From: Candidatus Altimarinota bacterium
GTDB taxonomy: Bacteria; Patescibacteriota; Gracilibacteria; UBA1369
Assembly (NCBI GenBank): GCA_041659405.1
Contig: JBAZYK010000004.1
Coordinates: 90,001 to 122,000 of the forward strand
Length of the DNA: 32,000 nucleotides
Direction: 5' to 3'
In this document: positions 1 through 9,157 of the stretch, piece after piece
Layout: every line of letters starts with the position of its first letter
Numbering within the stretch: position 1 is the stretch's first letter
Position numbers and translations under genes: made by a program
Notes under the pieces: generated by a model
Told to the model about the DNA's origin: nothing
Database searches by the model: none
The model's input: the letters and a program-made list of their open reading frames with translations, nothing else

Positions 1-28
1 CACCACGACGTACAACTTAAATTTCCCC

Positions 29-1189
29 ATGCTCAAAACTCAACAGCAACTTTTGGAGGACGAAGCTAAAATATTGGCTTCTTATGCCATGAAAAATGCG
101 GAAAGTGCCGGACGAGTTTATAAAGAGCCGGAAGATCCTTACAGATTACCTTTTCAACGTGATCGCGCCAGAATTATTCATTCCAAGTCTTTTAGAAGGC
201 TGCAAGCCAAAACTCAGGTTTTTGTTTCTTATTTTGGCGATCATTATCGTGATCGCATGACACATTCAATTGAAGTCTCGCAAATTGCGCGCGACATTAG
301 CCGAACTTTGGGTTTAAACGAGGATTTAAGCGAATGTTTGGCACTTGCCCATGATTTGGGTCACCCACCGTTTGGACATGGTGGAGAGGCCGCTTTGGAT
401 GAAGTTTTGCAACCTTTTGGATTACATTTTGAGCACAATGAACAAAGTCGTCGCATCATTGAGAAACTTGAAAAAATTCATCCGGAATATGATGGACTTA
501 ATGTCACTAAAGAGGTTTTGGATGGCTTACTTAAGCACCATCCGGAGCTATATAAAAAATATCTGGAGTTTGAAACTTCGCCACATTTGGAAGCCCAGGT
601 TGTGGATCTTTCGGATGAAATTGCCTATACCAATCACGATATTGATGACGGTCTGCGCTCCGGATTGATTACGATTGAGCAATTACAGCAATTTACACTT
701 TGGCAAAATGCGGAAAAAATGGTTAGTAACGAAATCGGAACAGGCATTTCATTAGAAGATAATGACAAAAAAGACCGATTTTATTTGCGGGTAATCAGCA
801 CTTTAATTAAGTTGATGATTCATGATCTTTATTCTACGACCCATGAAAATCTTGAGCGGAATCAGATAAAAACGGTTCATGATGTTAGGGCGCATAAAGG
901 AATGCTGGTTGGATTTAGCACGGAAATGAAACAACAATTGGCTGATCTGCGCGCATTTTTGATGAAAAATTATTATTTGAATCCCAAGGTTTCTGATGTA
1001 ATTGATAAAGGTAAGCAAATTTTGAAGGATCTTTTCCGGCATTACCTTGACCATCCGGAAAAATTGCCTCATCCTTCAGACGAAAACGTAAAAGCTTCCG
1101 AAAGGCTGGAGGTTGTGATAAAAGATTACTTGGCAGGCATGACCGATCATTATGCCGAAGAGATGCATTCAAAAATTACCAATTCCTAA
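29..1189 (+). CDS. dgt: dGTP triphosphohydrolase-like HD-domain phosphohydrolase
   Basis: 386-aa ORF. It has the HD-domain signature HSIEVSQIARDI...LAHDLGHPPFGHGGE and the C-terminal DYLAGMTDHYA motif typical of Dgt-like dNTPases. Confidence 0.85.
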   Translation: MLKTQQQLLEDEAKILASYAMKNAESAGRVYKEPEDPYRLPFQRDRARIIHSKSFRRLQAKTQVFVSYFGDHYRDRMTHSIEVSQIARDISRTLGLNEDLSECLALAHDLGHPPFGHGGEAALDEVLQPFGLHFEHNEQSRRIIEKLEKIHPEYDGLNVTKEVLDGLLKHHPELYKKYLEFETSPHLEAQVVDLSDEIAYTNHDIDDGLRSGLITIEQLQQFTLWQNAEKMVSNEIGTGISLEDNDKKDRFYLRVISTLIKLMIHDLYSTTHENLERNQIKTVHDVRAHKGMLVGFSTEMKQQLADLRAFLMKNYYLNPKVSDVIDKGKQILKDLFRHYLDHPEKLPHPSDENVKASERLEVVIKDYLAGMTDHYAEEMHSKITNS

Positions 1190-1198
1190 TCAACAAAA

Positions 1199-1645
1199 AT
1201 GGTCTGTCCAAAGTGCAAACAGGATGACACCAGAGTGCTGGATTCACGCGACACGCACGAGAAAAAAGAGATTCGTCGTCGTCGTGAATGTATTAAATGT
1301 CAGCACCGTTTTACCACTTTTGAAAGAGTGGAAACGGCCAATTTTATTGTTATTAAAAGAGACAATTCCCGTGAAAGTTATGACCGTGAAAAGCTGGCGC
1401 GCGGCGTTTGGAAAGCCTGCGAGAAAAGGCCGGTTACCCAGGAACGTGTCGAAAAACTATTAAATGAAATCGAAGAAGAATTGGGGAATTTTGGTAAAGA
1501 AATTCCCAGTAAAATGTTGGGCGAAGCACTCATGGAAAAGCTTAAGAAACTGGACGAAGTGGCTTACATCCGCTTTGCATCCGTGTATCGCCAATTTAAA
1601 GATTTGGAGAGTTTCAAAAAGGAACTCCAAAAATTGATTGACTAG
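1199..1645 (+). CDS. nrdR: Transcriptional repressor NrdR (Zn-ribbon plus ATP-cone)
   Basis: 148 aa. N-terminal CPKC...CIKC zinc ribbon with DSRD...RRRREC...RFTTFERVE, followed by an ATP-cone-like region (VIKRDNSRESYDREKL). It starts 9 nt after the dgt stop. Confidence 0.92.
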   Translation: MVCPKCKQDDTRVLDSRDTHEKKEIRRRRECIKCQHRFTTFERVETANFIVIKRDNSRESYDREKLARGVWKACEKRPVTQERVEKLLNEIEEELGNFGKEIPSKMLGEALMEKLKKLDEVAYIRFASVYRQFKDLESFKKELQKLID

Positions 1646-1746
1646 AAAAACCGTCCCATCCGCATTTTTCAGCCATTTTTTTGTAATACAAAACTCGACG
1701 AAGAGTTGTATTTAGTGTAAGAAGAAACCTAATCATCACTTTATAT

Positions 1747-1774
1747 TTGACATATATTCTGTATGTGTTATAAT
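1747..1774 (+). promoter_or_regulatory. Sigma70-type promoter for the L,D-transpeptidase gene
   Basis: TTGACA (1747-1752), a 16-nt spacer, then an extended -10 TGtTATAAT (1766-1774). It lies 30 nt upstream of the GTG start at 1804. Confidence 0.6.
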
Positions 1775-1803
1775 TTGATGATTCATTTATTTACATAAAA
1801 ACC

Positions 1804-3024
1804 GTGAAAAATCTTGATAAAAAAATTCTACTCTTCATTGTCTTCGGTCTTGTTTTTGCAACACCGGGACTTATGGCAAAACTTGCCAACTGGCAGGATC
1901 TTCAAAACAAAACAAACGAATTAAAAGCAAGTCCGGTTGTTTTGCAGGCTAATGTAAATAATCCAGTCGTGACTATAGTAAGCCAACAGCCGGTAACTCA
2001 GCCCACTCAAACTCAAACACAGGCACAAACTCAAGCATTACACGATGCTGCCGCCAGTACGCCGGACGGTGCAATTCAAACTAATTCACCAACATTACCC
2101 GCTACAACTCCACCAACAATTGACTGTAATTTTACCAAACCAACTAAGTCCGTTTATTCCGCAAAATTGGTCAGTATTCAAAAAAAGCCCGTGGTTGGCC
2201 CCGGTGAAGCTTTTCAAACTGAAATTTACATGGAAAATACCGGAAATGCTCCCTGGTTTTCCGAAAACAGCGGCTGCGAAAATGTTAATGTAACCTATTT
2301 GGGCACAACTCACGAAAAAGATCGCACAAGCCCATTTTCGGCTGATGGAAGCCTTTGGGATAGTCATTGGGTATCCGGCAATCGCATCAAAATGGATGCC
2401 AGCCGTATAGATCCAAAAGGAATGGCCAAATTTACTTTTTGGTCCAGAGCCCCACAGGAAATGGGTTACTATCGCGAATTTTTTGCACCGGTAATTGAAG
2501 GCGTAAGCTGGATAAATAACGAAGAGGCGACCGTAGCAATGGATATTCGCGTTGGCGAATTTGAATTAACTCCGGAACAAACACAATATTTGCCATACAT
2601 TGAATTAAGCACAAATCTTTCCAAATTGGATTTCAGTGGCGAGAAAAAAATAGAAGTTAGTCTAAAGCAACAAAAAATGTGGTTAAAAATTGGGGATATA
2701 ACAATCAGCTCTTTTGTGGTCAGCACGGGGGCATACAAAACACCAACCCCAAAAGGAACCACCAAAATCATTCTAAAGCAGAATGTGCGCGTGGCCGGAT
2801 CAAGGCCACACTACATTATGCCTTTATTTATGATGTTCAGAAGTGGCGGATTTGGTTTCCATGCTCTGCCAAGCTTAGCCAACGACAAGGGAGTTTTTTG
2901 GAGAGAGGCGTTAGACCACATCGGCACACCACGAAGCCACGGCTGCATCCGCTTATTACCGGAAGACGCCAAAGTGGTTTTCAACTTTGCCGACATTGGA
3001 ACCAAGGTAGAGGTTAGGGCTTAG
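1804..3024 (+). CDS. L,D-transpeptidase (YkuD domain) with N-terminal membrane anchor or signal and TQ-rich linker
   Basis: 406 aa with a GTG start. It has a hydrophobic N-terminus (ILLFIVFGLVFATPGLMA), a low-complexity stretch (QPVTQPTQTQTQAQTQ) and the C-terminal catalytic motif FHALP...SHGCIRL. Confidence 0.8.
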   Translation: MKNLDKKILLFIVFGLVFATPGLMAKLANWQDLQNKTNELKASPVVLQANVNNPVVTIVSQQPVTQPTQTQTQAQTQALHDAAASTPDGAIQTNSPTLPATTPPTIDCNFTKPTKSVYSAKLVSIQKKPVVGPGEAFQTEIYMENTGNAPWFSENSGCENVNVTYLGTTHEKDRTSPFSADGSLWDSHWVSGNRIKMDASRIDPKGMAKFTFWSRAPQEMGYYREFFAPVIEGVSWINNEEATVAMDIRVGEFELTPEQTQYLPYIELSTNLSKLDFSGEKKIEVSLKQQKMWLKIGDITISSFVVSTGAYKTPTPKGTTKIILKQNVRVAGSRPHYIMPLFMMFRSGGFGFHALPSLANDKGVFWREALDHIGTPRSHGCIRLLPEDAKVVFNFADIGTKVEVRA

Positions 3025-3036
3025 CACGGCTTTTTT

Positions 3037-3285
3037 CTAATGACTTTTTCTCTTTCCCTTTTTTGCAGCTAAACTCTCTCGTTCCCTAATAGTATGTTCT
3101 GGTGTAGTGAGACCTACCTGCTTTTTTATTCCAAAAACAATCTCATCAAAATCCTCACCGGTTAAATCAAATGCATCATCCCCGACAGCTACTGCGCATG
3201 CTGCAGTAGTATCATGGTCGGATTTTTCATCTTCTACTAATTCTATTACAAATGGTTGCGCTTCAGAAGTCGTTTGGTGACCCAT
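3037..3285 (-). CDS. Hypothetical small acidic protein
   Basis: 82-aa ORF with no competing ORF. It is very acidic with a basic C-terminal tail (AAKKGKRKSH). I recognise no family. Confidence 0.4.
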   Translation of the reverse strand: MGHQTTSEAQPFVIELVEDEKSDHDTTAACAVAVGDDAFDLTGEDFDEIVFGIKKQVGLTTPEHTIRERESLAAKKGKRKSH

Positions 3286-3313
3286 ATAGAAAAATTAAAA
3301 TCAAGATAATATC

Positions 3314-4135
3314 TTACGACAACTCTGCGTAACGTGTCAAGTTGTTTCTTAAAACAAGCTTTTGTCTATGAAAATAGACCAATTGACCTTTAGTAGTTTT
3401 CTTGTCATTACTCCCATCGAGGATGATAGCAGTAATGGCTCTTAGCCTAGAGTCATTCATTGAATGATCATATCCGGAACCCCAGATATCATTAACCAAA
3501 ATTTTAACTATTTCCATGTAAAGAGGAAGCTTGCCGGTTTCCCCATTCACAAAAGCTTCAGTATCTCTTAAAGCTAAAAGTTTATCCGCTGCACCATCAA
3601 AATCCAAAGCAGCTGGGATAGCTTTAAGGCCTGGATTAATCATTAAGAAAAAATGAAATATTGCCTTTTGACCATTTAGTTTTGCAAATTCTTTTTTTTC
3701 TTCGAGGAGTACATTGTATGGTCTTCCAATTTGTCCTCCTGCCACAAGTGGAGGTGTGTCGGCCTTTGTTCTATAATTTGCAGTAGGGAAGGTATCGCTT
3801 ACTAATTTTTCTCTTTTGGGTGATGTTTTTTTTGCAGGGGCTCCTTTTCTTTTACCTCGTTTAAAATCAACAACAACAAGATTACTTAAAGCTTTACCCG
3901 CTTTTTTGCGAGTATCACCCGTGATCTCTTGCCTTTCATCAGCTAAAACACCATCAACGTCCTCAGAAGCACTACGATCTTCTTCAGGTCGTGAATCTGA
4001 GCCTTTTTCTTGTTTAAGCCATGTGCTAATATCAATCACACCTTTAGGTAAAGGTAAATCTCGCACACCACCATTGCCTTCATTGTTGTCTACGCCTTCC
4101 ACCATAAGAAAGAATATTAGGATTAGACAGTACAA
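3314..4135 (-). CDS. Hypothetical protein (charged disordered N-terminal half, globular C-terminal half)
   Basis: 273-aa ORF with no recognised motif. The start is uncertain: Met11 (MVEGV...) at 4105 is an alternative that would leave room for the uvrD promoter. Confidence 0.5.
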   Translation of the reverse strand: MYCLILIFFLMVEGVDNNEGNGGVRDLPLPKGVIDISTWLKQEKGSDSRPEEDRSASEDVDGVLADERQEITGDTRKKAGKALSNLVVVDFKRGKRKGAPAKKTSPKREKLVSDTFPTANYRTKADTPPLVAGGQIGRPYNVLLEEKKEFAKLNGQKAIFHFFLMINPGLKAIPAALDFDGAADKLLALRDTEAFVNGETGKLPLYMEIVKILVNDIWGSGYDHSMNDSRLRAITAIILDGSNDKKTTKGQLVYFHRQKLVLRNNLTRYAELS

Positions 4136-4168
4136 TACGTCATTTTAGTTAATTTTGTCAAGTCTTTC

Positions 4169-6505
4169 ATGTCAGACCTCTTATCCAATCTCAATCCAAA
4201 GCAGCAGGAAGCCGTAAAAGCCACTCACGGACCTGTTTTGGTAATCGCCGGTGCGGGCTCTGGCAAGACCAAGGCACTTACCAATCGCATCGCTTACATG
4301 ATTGAAGAGGAGCATGTGAGCCCCTGGAATATTTTGGCTGTGACTTTCACGAATAAAGCCGCGAATGAAATGAAAGAGCGCATCGTGAAGCTTTTAAAAA
4401 AAGACGCTCCGCTTGCGTTTAGTGAATATAGTTCTCAGGGTTCTGGCAGCCGGGATTTGCCTTCTGTCGGCACTTTTCACTCCACTTGCGTGCGCATTTT
4501 GCGTCAAAATATCCACCTTTTGAATTACGAAAATCAGTTCGTTATTTACGACACTGCCGATCAACAAATTCTGGTTAAGCAGATCATGAAAGATTTGCAG
4601 ATTGATGAAAAACAGACCAATCCGCGCGCAGTTTTAAACTTTATTTCCAGCGCCAAAAATCAGCTGATTGGGCCCACACAGTACCATCAATTTGCCAATA
4701 ATTACTTCACCGAAAGAGTGGCGGAAGTGTATGAAAAATATCAGAAAGCACTCCATAAAAATAACGCGCTGGATTTTGATGACATCATCATGAAAACGGT
4801 TCAGCTTTTTCAGTCTGAGCCAAAAGTTCTTGATCATTATCAGGAAAAATTCCGGTTTATTTCCGTTGATGAGTATCAGGATACCAACGAGGCGCAATAT
4901 ATTTTAACCAATATGTTGGCCAAAAAATATCGCAATTTGTGTGTAATCGGTGATTCCGACCAGAGCATTTATAGCTTTAGAGGAGCCAATATCGGCAACA
5001 TTCTCAATTTTGAAAAAGATTATCCGGATGCCAAGGTGGTTAAGCTTGAGCAGAATTATCGCTCCACTCAGACGATTTTGGATGCAGCTCATGGAATTAT
5101 TGTTAAAAATGCCAAGCGCAAAGACAAAAAACTTTGGACGCAGCGTGAAGGTGGCGAAAAAATTAAACTTGTTTCGGTTGATAACGAACGCCAGGAAGGT
5201 GAATTTGTAGCCAGGGAAATTATGGATCGTCTGCGCGCTTATGAAACGCCGGACTATCGCGATTTTGTGATTTTATACAGAACCAATGCCCAGTCACGCG
5301 TGTTGGAAGAAGTTTTTTTGCGTTATGCGATTCCCTACAAAATTGTGGGTGGTATAAAATTTTACGAACGCAAAGAGGTGAAGGATATTATCGCTTATTT
5401 AAGGGTTATTCAGAACCCCAGCGATTCGGTAAGTATGATGAGAATTATCAATACACCAACCAGGAAAATTGGCACCAAATCGATTGAGCAACTAAGACAT
5501 TACGCGCAGATTCACAATTTAACTTTGTTTGAGGCCATGGAACAGGTGGGAAACAACAGGCAGGAAGTAGAAAACGGGATGTTGGATTCGGGAGATTTTG
5601 ATTTGCAGGATTCCAAAATCGAATCTATTCAAAGATTTGCAAAAGTCATTCGCGATTTGCAACAGATCAATAGGGAGTTTTCGGCTTCGGGAGTCATTAA
5701 ACACGTCCTTGAATACACAGGTTATAAGCAGATGATTGACGATAACACGGCAGATGGCGACGCCCGCGTTGAGAATATTTATGAATTGGTTGGTGTGTCC
5801 AGCAAGTACGATAAACTTGAGCCGGGCACTTCACTCAGTATTTTTTTGGAAGAGGTCGCTTTGATTGCCGATGTGGACAGCATGAGCACTCAGGATAATG
5901 CTGTAACTTTTATGACGATTCATTCCGCCAAAGGTTTGGAATTTCCAAATGTGTTTTTAGTTGGGCTTGAGGAAGGCATTTTCCCGCATTCCCGCAGTTT
6001 GTTGGAGCGTGACGAGTTGGAAGAAGAACGTCGTTTAATGTACGTGGCGATCACCCGCGCTAAAGATAAACTCTATTTGCTGAATGCCAAAAACCGCATG
6101 CTTTACGGAGAATCTCATGCCAATGCCGCTTCACAATTTTTGGCCGATATTCCGGCGGAATTATTTGAAGACGTGCAACCACAACGCCGGATTTTGCGTC
6201 GTGAAGAAATTAGTGGCACACCAATTCCAATGGAAGGAGTCGTGGAGGGGATCGCAGAAGGAAACTTGGCAAATGCCGGCGGATTTTCAAATGCAAGCGA
6301 CGGCCCACGTTTTGTGCCGGACGAAGACTTTGCGGACAGCTCCAATCCGGAAAGTTATTCCGATGGCGATAAGGTTTATCACAATTCTTTTGGTGAAGGC
6401 GTGGTTGTAACCGTAACCGGAGGAGTGGCTACAGTCCGCTTTAAAAACGCCAGATACGGCATCAAAAAACTGGCACTTTCAATCGCGCCACTAAGGAAAA
6501 TGTAG
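4169..6505 (+). CDS. pcrA: UvrD/PcrA/Rep-family ATP-dependent DNA helicase
   Basis: 778 aa. Walker A GAGSGKT, DEYQDTN, QNYRST, TIHSAKGLEF, RRLMYVAITRAK, and a C-terminal Tudor-like tail (GDKVYHNSFGEGVV). Confidence 0.92.
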   Translation: MSDLLSNLNPKQQEAVKATHGPVLVIAGAGSGKTKALTNRIAYMIEEEHVSPWNILAVTFTNKAANEMKERIVKLLKKDAPLAFSEYSSQGSGSRDLPSVGTFHSTCVRILRQNIHLLNYENQFVIYDTADQQILVKQIMKDLQIDEKQTNPRAVLNFISSAKNQLIGPTQYHQFANNYFTERVAEVYEKYQKALHKNNALDFDDIIMKTVQLFQSEPKVLDHYQEKFRFISVDEYQDTNEAQYILTNMLAKKYRNLCVIGDSDQSIYSFRGANIGNILNFEKDYPDAKVVKLEQNYRSTQTILDAAHGIIVKNAKRKDKKLWTQREGGEKIKLVSVDNERQEGEFVAREIMDRLRAYETPDYRDFVILYRTNAQSRVLEEVFLRYAIPYKIVGGIKFYERKEVKDIIAYLRVIQNPSDSVSMMRIINTPTRKIGTKSIEQLRHYAQIHNLTLFEAMEQVGNNRQEVENGMLDSGDFDLQDSKIESIQRFAKVIRDLQQINREFSASGVIKHVLEYTGYKQMIDDNTADGDARVENIYELVGVSSKYDKLEPGTSLSIFLEEVALIADVDSMSTQDNAVTFMTIHSAKGLEFPNVFLVGLEEGIFPHSRSLLERDELEEERRLMYVAITRAKDKLYLLNAKNRMLYGESHANAASQFLADIPAELFEDVQPQRRILRREEISGTPIPMEGVVEGIAEGNLANAGGFSNASDGPRFVPDEDFADSSNPESYSDGDKVYHNSFGEGVVVTVTGGVATVRFKNARYGIKKLALSIAPLRKM

Positions 6506-6506
6506 G

Positions 6507-6525
6507 TGTGCACGTGCACAGATTT
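6507..6525 (+). repeat. TGTGC-N4-GCACAGATTT motif, copy 1
   Basis: TGTGCACGTGCACAGATTT. The 14-bp core is a perfect palindrome. It begins 2 nt after the helicase stop. A near-identical copy lies at 21982-22000. Confidence 0.5.
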
Positions 6526-6537
6526 CCATGTGAGCTT

Positions 6538-6789
6538 TTAAAGTTTATCCGCATTAATCGCCTTTTTTTCCACTTCGCTCAAAACAGTGGCAACTTTTCC
6601 TTCTTCTTTGATGCGATAAAAATTGCGAATGCTTTTTTCGCTTCCAAAAGCCACATTTTTAGTGTTACAAATGCTGCATTTATAAGCGAATTTTCTGCCT
6701 ACGGGCATAGTCTGAACAATTTTTTCACAGTCTTTACAGTAGCAAATAACTCCTTCGGGCAATTTATTGTCTAGTTTTGATATGAACAT
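6538..6789 (-). CDS. Hypothetical zinc-ribbon protein
   Basis: 83 aa with two CxxC pairs (CYCKDC ... CSIC). Confidence 0.5.
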   Translation of the reverse strand: MFISKLDNKLPEGVICYCKDCEKIVQTMPVGRKFAYKCSICNTKNVAFGSEKSIRNFYRIKEEGKVATVLSEVEKKAINADKL

Positions 6790-6832
6790 AAATTCAATTC
6801 TTCAATAAATAAAAAACTTTAAATGGTCAAAA

Positions 6833-7738
6833 CTAAAGGTCCATTCGGTAAGCTTGAGGTTGAGGTGCGTTTCCGGTATTAGTCCCGGCTGCAGCAACGG
6901 CGCTTCCAACAGTAGCTCGGGCCGCATTTTCGGCGGCACCAACAGTATTCTCGGCACTATCAGCGGCAATCGAGACGGTTTGTTTTTGCTCATCCGGTGT
7001 TTCACGAAGCGCAGGATTAGGCTTTGGAGTTGGATATGCTGTGCGCATTTCCGGATGCACAGTTCTGAATTCCGGACGATTTTGTTTAGTATCTTGATGA
7101 ATGCGGGTTTCCTGCTGAATACGTGCCTCTGTCTGAGTTGAAGAAATTTCAGGCTTAATAGAAGCCATTTCCGGTCGGACCGAATTTGTTTCCGGTCGAA
7201 CACTGCGCAGACTTTCTCGTGATTTTTGTTGCACAGCAGCCATTATTGGATCTCTTGTTTCTTCTTCAAAAGCTTTAATTGCGTGAGTCTTTTCACGGGT
7301 ATTCAGATAGCCTCCGATTGTCAGACTTGATGCGGCCAAAAAGGCGATAAACATGCCATATCCCGGGTTTTTATCGGTAAGATTTACACCAAAATTTTTG
7401 TCAAAATAAATCGAATTGGTTACAAACAAAAGATAAAAAGAAAAAATCCCAAAACTCAAATAAAGCTTTGGAGATTTTAAAGATTCAAAAGGAATTTTAA
7501 CTCTCAAATGATTGGCAATAATTAAAGCCAGGGTCATTCCGGCCATAGCCAAAAAAGTGAGCCCAATCAAATACAGCGGGCCATTGATCCCAATAAAAGT
7601 TTGTCCATAATGGAATGTATCCAAATCGCTATACCAAGGCAAAAACAGACTCAAAATCATCAACAGGGAGCCGGCCCCAATCAGTTTTTTTTCAAAAGAA
7701 AGTTCTGAAACTATCTGATTAATGCGTTTATTTGGCAT
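6833..7738 (-). CDS. Integral membrane protein with repetitive RPE-rich C-terminal tail
   Basis: 301 aa. The N-terminal half has about 5 hydrophobic segments. The C-terminal tail has degenerate repeats (VRPETNSVRPEMASIKPE...NRPEFRTVHPEMRT). Confidence 0.65.
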   Translation of the reverse strand: MPNKRINQIVSELSFEKKLIGAGSLLMILSLFLPWYSDLDTFHYGQTFIGINGPLYLIGLTFLAMAGMTLALIIANHLRVKIPFESLKSPKLYLSFGIFSFYLLFVTNSIYFDKNFGVNLTDKNPGYGMFIAFLAASSLTIGGYLNTREKTHAIKAFEEETRDPIMAAVQQKSRESLRSVRPETNSVRPEMASIKPEISSTQTEARIQQETRIHQDTKQNRPEFRTVHPEMRTAYPTPKPNPALRETPDEQKQTVSIAADSAENTVGAAENAARATVGSAVAAAGTNTGNAPQPQAYRMDL

Positions 7739-7885
7739 AAAAATTTTTATTTATAGATTTGACGTGTGTGTTTGAACTATAAAAAGAAAAGTGCTATTTG
7801 TAAAGCAAAACCCCAATATTTTTGAGTACCCAAGTCGCACAAAAGCGAGTAGAATAGTGCAGAATTTTAGACTTTATTTTCTGCA

Positions 7886-9088
7886 ATGAAAGAAGCTTCC
7901 ATCACGCACAAAGTGCCTATTTCTACCGCGAGCGGAGCGAGTTCCATCATCGCACAGGCGACTCAGGCACACGCCCCACTTCGCATTGCCATAGACATCC
8001 GCGAGGCCGGCCACGAAAAAACCGGTAAAGGCTGGTATACATATAATTTGGTTCAGGCACTGCTGGAAATTGATTCGCATAATGAATACATCCTTTATAC
8101 CGATCAGGAAAAAAATTCTTACAAGGAATTTAAAAATGCTCACATTAAAACCGTAAAAGGGAAGTCGGTAATTTGGCATTTGAATGTTTTGAAAGACCTT
8201 AAAAAGAGTCCGCCGGTCGACATTTTCTTTGCGCCGACCAGTTATATTATTCCCTGTTTTGCTCCAAAAAATTTGCGAGTGATTATTACCGTTCACGATT
8301 TGGTCGCATTTTTATTTCCAGGATCACATAATTCCAAAGCTGTTTTAATTGAACGCGTAACGTTGAGAAAAGCGCTCAAGAAAGCCGCAAACGTCCTTGT
8401 GGTTTCCGCGAATACCGAGAAGGATTTGCTGGATCGTTTCCATTATCCCAAAGAAAAAATCCACGAAGTTCCCTGCGCAACAACCGAATTTTATAAAGAA
8501 GAAATCGGCGAGCGCGAGTTAACCGCATTCAAGAAAAAGCACCATCTTCCCGATAAATTTATTTTAGCGGTTGGAACTCTTGAACCCCGCAAAAACTTTT
8601 CCACACTGATTAAAAGTTTTGTGATTGTTAAGCGAAAATATCCCGATTGCAAACTTGTAATTGTTGGCAAAAAAGGCTGGAAATATAAACTGATTGAAGA
8701 GGCTTTAAAAAAATATCAGTTGGAAAGTGATGTGATTTTTCCGGGATATTTGGTGGATGAAGATCTCCGCAAAATGTATCACCTGGCGAGCGTTTTTGTA
8801 TTTCCATCTTTGTATGAAGGATTCGGGATTCCGCCTCTGGAAGCCATGGCTTGCGGGTGCCCCGTGGTAAGTTCCAACGTTGCGTCTTTGCCGGAAGTTA
8901 TTGGAGACTCGGGACTTTTGATCGATCCAAAAAACGCCCACAAATGGGCCGACGCGGTTTGCAGTTTGCTCGACAACGAACAAACCAGAAATATGCTGAT
9001 CGAAAGAGGTCATCGCCGCGCCGAAAAATTCAGCTGGGCCAACTCCGCAAAAATCGCCCTGGAAGTTTTTGAAAGTTATGCAAGATAG
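7886..9088 (+). CDS. Glycosyltransferase, GT4 (GT-B, retaining) family
   Basis: 400 aa. C-terminal motif [38 protein letters not shown] (EX7E type). The roughly 30-aa N-terminal extension may mean the true start lies downstream. Confidence 0.85.
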   Translation: MKEASITHKVPISTASGASSIIAQATQAHAPLRIAIDIREAGHEKTGKGWYTYNLVQALLEIDSHNEYILYTDQEKNSYKEFKNAHIKTVKGKSVIWHLNVLKDLKKSPPVDIFFAPTSYIIPCFAPKNLRVIITVHDLVAFLFPGSHNSKAVLIERVTLRKALKKAANVLVVSANTEKDLLDRFHYPKEKIHEVPCATTEFYKEEIGERELTAFKKKHHLPDKFILAVGTLEPRKNFSTLIKSFVIVKRKYPDCKLVIVGKKGWKYKLIEEALKKYQLESDVIFPGYLVDEDLRKMYHLASVFVFPSLYEGFGIPPLEAMACGCPVVSSNVASLPEVIGDSGLLIDPKNAHKWADAVCSLLDNEQTRNMLIERGHRRAEKFSWANSAKIALEVFESYAR

Positions 9089-9102
9089 AGATAAGCCTAT
9101 CT

Positions 9103-9131
9103 TTGCGCAACCAACCGTGCAGGCATATAAT
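9103..9131 (+). promoter_or_regulatory. Putative sigma70-type promoter for nadK
   Basis: TTGCGC (9103-9108), a 17-nt spacer, then TATAAT (9126-9131). It lies 27 nt upstream of the ATG at 9158. Confidence 0.45.
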
Positions 9132-9157
9132 TTGAGCGCTTCATTAAGCAAGTTTTT

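Noticed and set aside
345-668. Many short ORFs in the six-frame track lie inside or antisense to the large genes. Examples are 345-668, 803-1072, 2045-2293, 4634-4897, 11733-12278, 15105-15359, 17196-17450, 22704-23054 and 26077-26361.
   Set aside because: Each is fully embedded in a longer ORF that has clear family motifs. Their translations are low-complexity or rich in Cys, Trp and Arg with no recognisable motifs, which is typical of off-frame artefacts.
1685-1716. An imperfect hairpin (AATACAAAACTC...GAGTTGTATT) after nrdR, considered as an intrinsic terminator.
   Set aside because: The stem is AT-rich with a bulge and is followed only by TTTAG. It is too weak to call, although it may still contribute to termination before the strong promoter at 1747.
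6802-7203. A 133-aa ORF overlapping the 3' half of the membrane-protein gene in another frame.
   Set aside because: It is explained by the repetitive DNA of the RPE tail. The 301-aa frame has a coherent TM topology, and this one does not.
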